The notes beneath the pieces were generated by a model, which ran no database searches, was not told the origin of the DNA, and saw nothing but the letters and a program-made list of their open reading frames with translations. A DNA stretch of 64,000 bases from NCBI RefSeq assembly GCF_965139275.1, contig NZ_CBCSLE010000005.1. One strand, given 5' to 3'. The stretch comes from Corallococcus exiguus (GTDB lineage Bacteria > Myxococcota > Myxococcia > Myxococcales > Myxococcaceae). Below are positions 22,601 through 29,719 of the stretch, one piece after another. The translations under genes were made by a program, and so were the position numbers. Numbering within the stretch: position 1 is the first letter of the stretch; each line of letters opens with the position of its first letter.

Positions 22601-23092
22601 CACCTTGCCCGAAGGCAACGGCGTCGCCGTCAGGGAGGCCCGTGCCACGCCCGAGGCAAAGCTCCCCGCGGAGGCCCAGGTATTGGTGTCAGGGGAATAC
22701 ACCGCCGCGGAAGCCAGACGGCCCGTCGCGTTCTCTCCGCCAACCACGAGCACCTTGCCCGAAGGCAGCAGCGCCGCGGTGTGGATCTGCCGGGGCTCCG
22801 GCATGGAGGCGGCCGCTGTCCACGCGCCAGTCACGGGGTCGAAGAGGGTGGAGGAGGACAGATACCCGCTGGCGTTGTAGCCGCCCGTCACCAGCACCTT
22901 GCCGGAAGGCAGCACCACGCCCGCGTGGTACTTGCGGGCCTCCGCCATGGGCGCGGTCTCGGTCCACCCCTCCACCACCAACGGCGAAGCGCTTTGGGCC
23001 AGCGGCTTCTCTTCCGGTGGCTTGCTGCTACAGCCTGCTGCGACAAAGACCAGTCCCAGCAGCAGGACCCTGCTGGCTCTCATCACGTCCAT
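19691..23092 (-). CDS. Giant secreted Kelch / Cys-rich-repeat lipoprotein, tandem paralogue of 16304-19375
   Basis: Lipobox LLGLVFVAAGCSS. N-terminal about 400 aa are near-identical to the downstream paralogue, followed by the same two Cys-repeat families. Confidence 0.85.
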   Translation of the reverse strand: MDVMRASRVLLLGLVFVAAGCSSKPPEEKPLAQSASPLVVEGWTETAPMAEARKYHAGVVLPSGKVLVTGGYNASGYLSSSTLFDPVTGAWTAAASMPEPRQIHTAALLPSGKVLVVGGENATGRLASAAVYSPDTNTWASAGSFASGVARASLTATPLPSGKVLVAGGGNSGGPKFNVDVYEPVAGTWSVGPSLGVARRDHTATLLTTGQVLVAGGVGGASLATAEVYDPTSNTWAATGSLAAARYNHTATRLPSGKVLVVGGRNSSGLLATAEEYDPSTGQWSATDALGTARELHSATLLSTGKVLVTGGMYGSAATAALASSEVYDPATRQWSAAGPMVGARYSHVAVSLATQAKVLVVGGIGATGASLKTAEVYGYDACAGVTCNSAPGACYEAAGTCSNGVCSYALKAAGATCDDGDACTGTDVCNGAGVCAGSATQCGSPPGQCYAAAGACSDGTCSYSYKEAGASCDDADACTVDETCNGAGGCAGTPVTCNSPPSQCFEAAGTCSEGACSYAPKAAGTACDDGNGGTINDVCSGAGVCAGVPACTTPPDACHGLPGTYSNGACTYPPKATGTLCDDGNACTTGDVCNGAGTCGGAALSCNSPPSQCHQAAGTCSNGTCSYAPKSLGAICDDGNACTTGDICNGAGTCGGSELSCNSPPSQCYEAAGTCSNGTCSYVPKASGASCNDGNACTTGDVCNGTGTCGGSALSCNSPPNQCYQSAGTCSNGTCSYVPKSSGASCDDSNACTTGDVCNGSGTCGGTALSCSTASTNYCSGNDVRKTTGTGTCSGGSCQSTDVLVQSCQTGTSGPFCSGNGAYQTVYGGCSNGACTSTQQLIESCSTSSSNYCSGNTVRKLTGTGCSGGSCGSTDTVVQNCATGSSNYCSGNTVRKTSYTGCSGGSCGVTDTLVQTCATGTSSPFCSGNSVYQTVNGGCSGGSCSSSQQLVQTCSTTSTNYCSGNDVRKSTGTGCSGGSCGSSDSFVQTCSTASTTYCSGNNVRRTTGTGCSGGNCGSSDTLVQTCSTASTTYCSGNTVRRTTGTGCSGSGTCGSTDTLVQTCNSQFEMCSDGACVSNDGLWQLVGSCSTRCPSNECWPPVNPDGQDCRPVGSTCFAYGGPTGRNEWKCAPY

Positions 23093-23106
23093 GACAACTC
23101 CAGGGA

Positions 23107-23133
23107 ATGGAGGCGCTCAGAGGGGGCCTCCAT
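23107..23133 (-). promoter_or_regulatory. Conserved 5'-leader inverted repeat (paralogous copy of 19390-19415)
   Basis: ATGGAGGC..GCCTCCAT arms conserved, loop differs by a few nt. The surrounding 130 nt upstream of both paralogues are about 85% identical. Confidence 0.4.
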
Positions 23134-23232
23134 GAACTTTGGTGTAGCCAGCCAGCATGGCCGTCCCGCTCTGAAACACAAACATTTTGGCGACTGGTCA
23201 ACAGTTCATTTGGGTTCATACGTCGGCCCCTT

Positions 23233-24405
23233 TCATGGTCGATGCCTCCACCCGAGGTGGCCGGGTGCCAGGGGACTCATTCGCGCCGAGTTCGGCGTGT
23301 CCAAAGGGACACCACGCAGGCCGATGCTCCAGCGGAAGGCCCGATTCCTCTCCAGGAGGAGGTAGAGGCCCAGGGGCCCCATCAGCCCTCCGAACACGCC
23401 CAGCGCCAGGTGCAGCGCGAGCGGCGCTCCTGGCAGCACCTTTCCCAAAGCCAGCCTCACTCCGGACACGAAATAGATGTGGAAGAGGTAGAGCGGCATG
23501 CTGATCGAGCCCAGGTAGACAATCCACCTCGCCAACCCCTTCCACGTCGCACCCAGGCTCCGGGCAACACCCAGGAGGAAGAAGGCCAGGGTGAATTGCA
23601 GGCAGAAGCCCAGCGGCCCCGTGATCAGGCGCGGATCCAGATGCCCCTCCGCGAGCCCCGAGACATGGAAAGAGACCAGCAGCCCCAGGAACCCCGAGGG
23701 CACCAGTCCCTGGAGCGCCAGAGGCAACTGGGACAGCCGGGTGCGCGCCAGCGCCAGCCAGGGGGACAGGCTCATTCCCAGACCGAAGAGGCAGTTCCAG
23801 AAGAGGATGAAGCGGAGGTATCTCATCCCAATGTCAGACATCGGAGATTCCAGGAGCTCGACAGCGGCATACGACAGCCAGGACAGTGCCAGGTAGCTCA
23901 GTCCGTTCCAATTGTACCGGGCGGGCACGATGCGCTGATACACCCACGCCAGACAGGTACAGCCCACCAGGGCGTGAATGAACCAGAAGATGGCGTATGG
24001 AGGGAACCAGGCGGCAGGGAACCGGCCCAGCAGCGCCAGCCATCCGCCAGGTGTTCGCGGGCGCGCCTGGGTGAGCTCATGGGCAAAGAGGAAGACGGGC
24101 GCCCACACCAACATCGGGACGACGAGCTTGCGCAGCTTCTTGTGCGCGAACTCCCGGAAGGACCTGTCCGGCGCGCCGAAGAGTGACACCGCCACGCCCG
24201 AACCGATGATCATCACCGCCATGTTGAAGCTGTGGATGAACTCCGAGGCGAACCGGAGCTCCGCTCGCTCCGGGGAGAAGAGCTTGCGCACCCCCTGGAA
24301 GGGCTCCACGCCGATCACATGGACCAGCACCACGAGCATCAGGCTCATGCCGCGGACGAAGAACAGTTCCTCGGAGAGTGTCTTGCGAATCACCGGCTTG
24401 CGCAT
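23233..24405 (-). CDS. Acyltransferase family 3 (OafA/OatA-like membrane O-acyltransferase)
   Basis: 390-aa protein with about 10 TM helices. N-terminal FFVRGMSLMLVVLVHVIG motif is characteristic of PF01757-type acyltransferases. Confidence 0.7.
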   Translation of the reverse strand: MRKPVIRKTLSEELFFVRGMSLMLVVLVHVIGVEPFQGVRKLFSPERAELRFASEFIHSFNMAVMIIGSGVAVSLFGAPDRSFREFAHKKLRKLVVPMLVWAPVFLFAHELTQARPRTPGGWLALLGRFPAAWFPPYAIFWFIHALVGCTCLAWVYQRIVPARYNWNGLSYLALSWLSYAAVELLESPMSDIGMRYLRFILFWNCLFGLGMSLSPWLALARTRLSQLPLALQGLVPSGFLGLLVSFHVSGLAEGHLDPRLITGPLGFCLQFTLAFFLLGVARSLGATWKGLARWIVYLGSISMPLYLFHIYFVSGVRLALGKVLPGAPLALHLALGVFGGLMGPLGLYLLLERNRAFRWSIGLRGVPLDTPNSARMSPLAPGHLGWRHRP

Positions 24406-24981
24406 TCACATGTGTCCCACGTGCTTCCTGCTGCCTGTTCCTCCATGCAGTTATCGTGCTCCATGCTTCACGGCCTCACCGCCGGCTGATTGTCCCTGCT
24501 GTCTCATGCTGGGACGTCAGGCTGTCTCGGATTGAGAGTCCATCGAGGATGGCTCGCTCCCTCAAGAGGGTCGCCCGTCTTGGCTGTCCAGGGTCGAAAT
24601 GAGGGGCCGTCCCCGAAACGGACGAGCAGGACTCGAAGGCCCGGATTGAGCTGCCGCTGGCTGGAACGGCAATTGCTCGGTCAGGCTCGTGCCTTCTTTC
24701 ATGGGTCCCTTCAAGGATGGAGCGAGGGAGCCCGTGAAGATGCGGGTCCTCTTCACCGCCTGGTTTCCGCGCGAGGAGCGACGGTGGCTGGGCGAGTTCC
24801 TCTCACCGGAGCGCTTCGCGTGCGCCTACGTGGGCCTGGAGGAGCCGGTTGACGCGACCCGGAAGCGCCCGCCCGCTCAGAAGACGCACCAGGACAAGTC
24901 GAAGGAGCCGCTGCTGCGGACGCTGAGGCTGCTCGGCAGGATTCTGAAGGCTCAGCTCAGTCCGACCGCGAGGGTAGGGGG

Positions 24982-26841
24982 GTGCAAGGAATGGCTCCAC
25001 TCTCGTGCCCACCTGCCCCGGACCTGGCGGAAATGAGACTTCTCTGGCCAGGCTCGTGGTTTCCCCCCGTCCAGCCGCTTGGGCCGCGGCGTGATGACGA
25101 CAATCGCCTGCGCTTCGTCGTCCGTGTGGTGGTCATTGCCTCCCTTGCCCTGGCCTTCGCGCGCGGCGTCGTCTTCAAGCGTGTCGAAACAGGTGACGAG
25201 GGCGTCAATGGCACGATGGCCCTCAACATGTGCCGTTCGCTGGCGCTCGTGGTGCGGCCCTCGTACATCCCTGGTGGCTCGGAGGATTGGGTCGGCTTCG
25301 ATCTGCCAGGCATCGGCAACACTCCATTTCACTCGGTGCTCCTCGCACTCGGAGGCTGTCCCCTGGGCGGCCAGCCCGAAGCCATGGGGCTCGTCTCATT
25401 CGCGGCGCTGGTCGCCACCCTCTGCTTCACCTACCGGCTCGTCGCCCTGTGGGAGCGTCGCGCGGCGCTCCTGACGACGCTCCTGCTCGCGCTCTCTCCT
25501 ACCGTCCTGTGGCAATTCCGGCTGATGGAGGCCGAGCCTGTCCTCGTGGCGTGGGGCATGGCGGGCACGTACTGGATTGCGCGAGGGGAGCTCACCGGGA
25601 GGAATTGGCACTCCCTGCTGGGTGGCGCATGCCTCGGCCTTGGCTTCTTGACGAAGCTGTGGCTCGTCACCCCCTTCGTGCTGGCTTCGCTAGGGCTCCT
25701 TGCCATCGTGCGTCTCCAGCGGCGTCAATTGGCGCTGGTTCCTGTCGCCTGCCTCACCGTCGGCTTTCTTGCCACGGCGTCCCTCCACCTCGCTTTCGTT
25801 GCTCTGCGGTCACCCACGGATGTCGCCCTCTGGCTCACCCAGGTCTACTTCGCACCCTTCCTGGGGCAGAGCATCGGAGGGTCGAAGCTGGCTGGGGCGG
25901 GCGTGCCCACGGAATGGAGTCATCCCTTCTGGTACTACCCGGCGATCCTCTACCGGGAGCATTTCTTCCTCTGCCCCCTCCTTCTGGCTGCGCTCCCCGC
26001 CTTGAAGCGGCGTGCGCCGACCGCGGCCGGACTCTTCGGCGCCATCGGCTTCGGGCTCGCAAGCCTGGTTCCCCTCTCGCTCCCCGCCATCAAGGAGTCG
26101 CTCTACATCCTGGGCGTCTTGCCATTCCTCTATGGCCTGGCCGGGCTTGGTGCTTCGGCGCTCCTTGCCGGGGAGGGCACCCTCGAACCACGGGGGGCAT
26201 CGGGCCGTCGAGCCCTCAGGGTCGCGGGCGTCTTCTCGGCCGCGGCGGTGCTCCTCATCGGGGCGGCTCATGCTCGGGGGCTGAAGCGCGATGACATCAC
26301 GCCTGTCTATGTTGGCGCGCACGCGCTCGGGGTGGGGGGCGCCTGGCTCCTGGCGTATGCGGCGGCTCGCCTCGAGCGCGCGCGAGCGACGGCGCTCATC
26401 GGTGGCCTCTCCGCGCTGGCACTGGCTGGTTTTGGGGCGTACGAGCTCACGGCGCCTCAACCACCGTACAAGGAGATCGCGGAGATCCTTCGCCCCTATT
26501 TGGAACCACTGCCGCCCGGGCATGAGAGCTTCATCTCGCCCCGGTACAAGGTTCTTCAGCTCTACCTGTTTCGCAATGGTCGCTACTGGCAGTCCTTCTA
26601 CACGGAGCTCCGGCCGGAGACGCTCGTGGCGAGCATCGCGTCCGGCGAGTACTGCGCCTTCGTCTTCGGCCCGGAGGAGCGTGAAAACCCTCGGCTCGTG
26701 CAGGTGGAGCGGGACATCGCGCTGCAGGCCCTGGACTTGAGCGCGGAGTTGCCGGAGAGCGTACGTGGGGGGTTCCGCGTCTTCGTGAACCGAGCATGCG
26801 TGCAGGAGGGCGCGAAGGGATTACGCCACGCGGAGGGATGA
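24982..26841 (+). CDS. GT-C fold membrane glycosyltransferase (ArnT/PMT, GT39/GT83-like)
   Basis: Multi-TM protein with an acidic DE motif in the first extracytoplasmic loop (VFKRVETGDEGVNGTMALNM) and LGLGFLTKLWLVTPFVL. Large C-terminal soluble domain. Start could be ATG 24982 or 25033. Confidence 0.6.
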   Translation: MQGMAPLSCPPAPDLAEMRLLWPGSWFPPVQPLGPRRDDDNRLRFVVRVVVIASLALAFARGVVFKRVETGDEGVNGTMALNMCRSLALVVRPSYIPGGSEDWVGFDLPGIGNTPFHSVLLALGGCPLGGQPEAMGLVSFAALVATLCFTYRLVALWERRAALLTTLLLALSPTVLWQFRLMEAEPVLVAWGMAGTYWIARGELTGRNWHSLLGGACLGLGFLTKLWLVTPFVLASLGLLAIVRLQRRQLALVPVACLTVGFLATASLHLAFVALRSPTDVALWLTQVYFAPFLGQSIGGSKLAGAGVPTEWSHPFWYYPAILYREHFFLCPLLLAALPALKRRAPTAAGLFGAIGFGLASLVPLSLPAIKESLYILGVLPFLYGLAGLGASALLAGEGTLEPRGASGRRALRVAGVFSAAAVLLIGAAHARGLKRDDITPVYVGAHALGVGGAWLLAYAAARLERARATALIGGLSALALAGFGAYELTAPQPPYKEIAEILRPYLEPLPPGHESFISPRYKVLQLYLFRNGRYWQSFYTELRPETLVASIASGEYCAFVFGPEERENPRLVQVERDIALQALDLSAELPESVRGGFRVFVNRACVQEGAKGLRHAEG

Positions 26842-27100
26842 CGCCCGCATTCAACGCCGGCTGTCTTCAACGCGCCTTTCCCACCCACGCCACATGACCA
26901 GCGATCGCTATAGCTGCTCCATGACTGCTCCTGTTGAGTCATGACATGACGTCGAAGCACCACGGCCCGTTCTGGAAAGTCCAGAGCGGGCCGCGGTAGG
27001 TCAAGGGCTGGAAGGTGGCGGCGTGGTTGGCGCTCTGTCCAGCGTCGTCAACGTTCCGGCCGGACCTTCAGTCCGCGCGGGCCTCCGCGCTGCTCAGGCC

Positions 27101-27213
27101 CCGGTGCTTCACCCTGCTACAGGTGTTCGCCTTGCTCCGGAATTGGTGTTCGGCTTGTCCCGGAGCCGGTGTTCGGCTTGCTCCGGAATCGGTGATCGGG
27201 ATCGTCCGGAGCA
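27101..27213. repeat. Tandem array of about 4.5 x 23-bp repeats (consensus GGTGTTCGGCTTGCTCCGGAATC)
   Basis: Units at 27122-27144, 27145-27167, 27168-27190 and 27191-27213, plus a degenerate unit 27101-27121. Lies about 200 bp upstream of the lipoprotein gene at 27420. Confidence 0.6.
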
Positions 27214-27419
27214 CGCATCCACCCTGAAGGGATGACGTTGAACCCAGAGGTGTCGCGGGCGCGTGACAGGTGGGCAGAGCCAGGGCGCTTCCTGGGGCAG
27301 GGAGAATTTCATGCGAGGGTGGCCCGGATGCGCGTTAGCCTGGAGTTCGCTTTACCAGCCACATCCCGCGCAACCATCGTTGAGATCCCTGCGCCTGCTC
27401 GGCGCGGAGAGGGAGAACC

Positions 27420-28484
27420 ATGCAGCGCTTTGTCCTCTTGGGTCTTGCACTGCTCACGGCCTGTGCAACGCCTGTCCATCAGGCCGCATCGCCTGTCCAG
27501 CCCAGCCCGGTCTACGTGTTCGAAGGCGTGGAGGTGTTCGGCTCACGCAAGGTGCCCAAGGGCAAGCTGCTGGAGGTCATTGGGATGCCTGCGCCCGGCG
27601 CGCGCTTCAACCTCGAGAAGGGGGAGTTCACGCCGTACCTCATGGAGAGCAAGCCGCGGCTCCTGGCGGCCTACAAGTTCGCGTTCTGCAGGTACTCGAT
27701 GGTGGCCTACCCGCCGACGCGGACGTTCCGGGTGACGGTGGATCTGGTCGATGCCGGAGATGAGTGGCGCATGCCCTTTTCACCCGCGCCGCAGGGCGAT
27801 ATCCCGGAGCCGGAGGGCCTCCTCACGGCCTGGGATGAATACCAGACGGCCTACTGGAAGCTGAGCAGGGAAGGGGCTGTCCCCGAGTACGGCAAGAGCA
27901 AGTGCCATGCCCTCAACTGCCATGGAGGATTCGACCACCCCGAGCTCGCGCCGCTGGAGCAGCGCTTCATGGATGGTGTTCCCCGCAATCTCGACACGCT
28001 GGTGCGGGTGCTGCGTGAGGATCGCAACGACTCCAAGCGAATGGCCACGGTCATGCTCCTGCCCTACATCAACTCACGCGAGCAACTGGTGAAGCTCGTT
28101 CTCCCGTCGGTGCGCGACCCCTACGAGGGTGTGCGCAACGAGGCGCTGCGCCTGCTGGGAACGATGCAGGAGGGACAGCCGCGGGTCATCATCCCGCTGG
28201 AGCCCGTGCTCGAAGCGCTCTGGTACCCGCTCGAGACCGACCGCAACAAGGCAGCCTGGGCGCTCGTGCACATCGTGGAAACCGAAGGCGCCGCCCAACA
28301 GCGGCAGATTCTCGACAAGGCGGGCGCGGTGCTGGTGGAGATGGCTGGAATGCAGCAGAAGACCGATGCCGAGCCTGCTCGCAAGGTGCTCGCCATCCTG
28401 GCGGGGCGGGACCTGGGTGACGAGCCGGCGGCCTGGCACCGTTGGGTCGAGCAGACGCTCGGCTCGAACAGTGCCCATCGGTGA
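27420..28484 (+). CDS. Hypothetical lipoprotein
   Basis: Lipobox LALLTACATP. 354 aa, no recognisable catalytic motifs. Alpha-helical repeat-like C-terminal half. Confidence 0.55.
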   Translation: MQRFVLLGLALLTACATPVHQAASPVQPSPVYVFEGVEVFGSRKVPKGKLLEVIGMPAPGARFNLEKGEFTPYLMESKPRLLAAYKFAFCRYSMVAYPPTRTFRVTVDLVDAGDEWRMPFSPAPQGDIPEPEGLLTAWDEYQTAYWKLSREGAVPEYGKSKCHALNCHGGFDHPELAPLEQRFMDGVPRNLDTLVRVLREDRNDSKRMATVMLLPYINSREQLVKLVLPSVRDPYEGVRNEALRLLGTMQEGQPRVIIPLEPVLEALWYPLETDRNKAAWALVHIVETEGAAQQRQILDKAGAVLVEMAGMQQKTDAEPARKVLAILAGRDLGDEPAAWHRWVEQTLGSNSAHR

Positions 28485-28536
28485 CGAAGATGCTGCGAAG
28501 GCGGCAGTACGGGGGGCGTAACCCCTGGAACGCATT

Positions 28537-28602
28537 GGCGGTAGGGCACGGGAATCGAACTCGCCAGGGACTGCTCTCGCAGCCCCTCACCGGTTTTGAA
28601 GC
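28537..28602 (-). repeat. 66-bp partial copy of the tRNA-Sec 3' end (att-type direct repeat)
   Basis: 64/66 nt identical to 33463-33528 (anticodon loop through CCA). No matching 5' acceptor strand upstream, so it is not a functional tRNA. Confidence 0.7.
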
Positions 28603-28749
28603 CCCGCCACCCCGATCCGCGAGGTGCCCGGGGGGATTGAGGGTCGGCCGGTTTCCCTCTGGCGCGGGGTGGACCGCGAGTCCGTAAAGGTCCACCCGCG
28701 TCCGTTCATCTTGGGTACAGCTTGGGTACGCGGGTAGGGACGGCAGGGG

Positions 28750-29358
28750 TCAGGGGGCATTGGCTGCACCGGGGCCGGTCACGTCCGTGAACTTCGTGCC
28801 GGTGATGACCGCGCGCTCCAGGGCCTCCTTGATCTCCTCGGACACGATCAAGGCCACGGTCCAGCCCCAGGTGCGGAACACCTTGGCGCCTTCCACCTTC
28901 GCCGGGTCGATGCGCATCCCGGACACGGAGGAGTACGTACCCACCTTTTCGGGCATCCCGTCCTCCGGGGTCCAGTAACGCACCTCCTCGCACGCTGCAT
29001 CGTCGATGCACTTCACCAGCCGGGTGGCGTTGAGGATGAAGTGCTGAGCGGGCTGGGAGTCGATCTCCACCGGGATGAGCTGCACGTCGTCGGGTGCCAG
29101 CTCGGTGAAGAAGGAGGCCACCCGGGCGTGGACGACGGGGATGCTGAATGCCGCGTGGGAATAGTCGAGCGGTTTGCCGGAGATCTTGATGGGGATCCTG
29201 ATGCGCTCGTCCGAGTGAGCCCGCTGCCCGATCCTGAACTGCCACGGGTCATCGAGCTTGCGCCCTTCCTGATCGAGAGGATGCCCCAGCTCCCACCGGC
29301 CGGAGAGGTACACATCATCGCTCAACTTGAAGAACCGCGTCGGCATGAAGTCGTCCAT
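28750..29358 (-). CDS. Hypothetical protein, candidate (second) immunity protein of the toxin module
   Basis: 202 aa, cytoplasmic. Last gene of the three-gene minus-strand operon, 10 bp after the preceding ORF. Family uncertain; possibly resembles DUF1629/Imm11-type immunity proteins, from memory only. Confidence 0.45.
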   Translation of the reverse strand: MDDFMPTRFFKLSDDVYLSGRWELGHPLDQEGRKLDDPWQFRIGQRAHSDERIRIPIKISGKPLDYSHAAFSIPVVHARVASFFTELAPDDVQLIPVEIDSQPAQHFILNATRLVKCIDDAACEEVRYWTPEDGMPEKVGTYSSVSGMRIDPAKVEGAKVFRTWGWTVALIVSEEIKEALERAVITGTKFTDVTGPGAANAP

Positions 29359-29368
29359 CCGAGGCGGG

Positions 29369-29719
29369 CTACTCTGGATCGAGCGCCCAGGTTCCTTCTT
29401 CCCAGCGCTTCAATGCCTGCCCGGCTTCAAAGGGAACGAGCCCCTTGCCCTTGGCGGCTTCCTCCAGAACCGCCTTCGCTTCGGCCGTCCGGTAGCGGAG
29501 CAGATGGGCGGCGGCCATGACACGCACATCCATGCGCTCATGCTTGAGCAGGACGAGGAGGGCATCACGTCCTGCGTTTCCATGGGCCAGGAGCGTATCG
29601 ACGGCGGCACCGTACTTCCTGGCGTGCTTGTTCCCGGTCTTGGCATCTCCCCGGAAGATGGCCTCGGTCTGTGCCGCCACGTTCAGGGCGAACTGCTCGA
29701 CCAATCTCTCCAACGTCAT
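29369..29719 (-). CDS. Small helical hypothetical protein, candidate cognate immunity protein
   Basis: 116-117 aa ORF. Its ATG (29717-29719) shares one nt with the toxin TGA stop (29719-29721), the usual toxin-immunity coupling. Confidence 0.45.
   Translation of the reverse strand: MTLERLVEQFALNVAAQTEAIFRGDAKTGNKHARKYGAAVDTLLAHGNAGRDALLVLLKHERMDVRVMAAAHLLRYRTAEAKAVLEEAAKGKGLVPFEAGQALKRWEEGTWALDPE

Noticed and set aside
27214-27420. Sigma-54 (-24 GG / -12 GC) promoter downstream of the 23-bp repeat array
   Set aside because: Best candidate (TGGCCCGGATGCGCG around 27323) has the GG/GC spacing off by one. Too weak to call by eye.
28537-28602. Possibility that the 28.5-kb copy of the tRNA-like sequence is a second functional tRNA gene
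   Set aside because: Only the 3' about 66 nt are present. Upstream sequence cannot pair with the acceptor 3' strand (no GGTAGGGC) and the anticodon stem is disrupted. It is an integration scar (att repeat).
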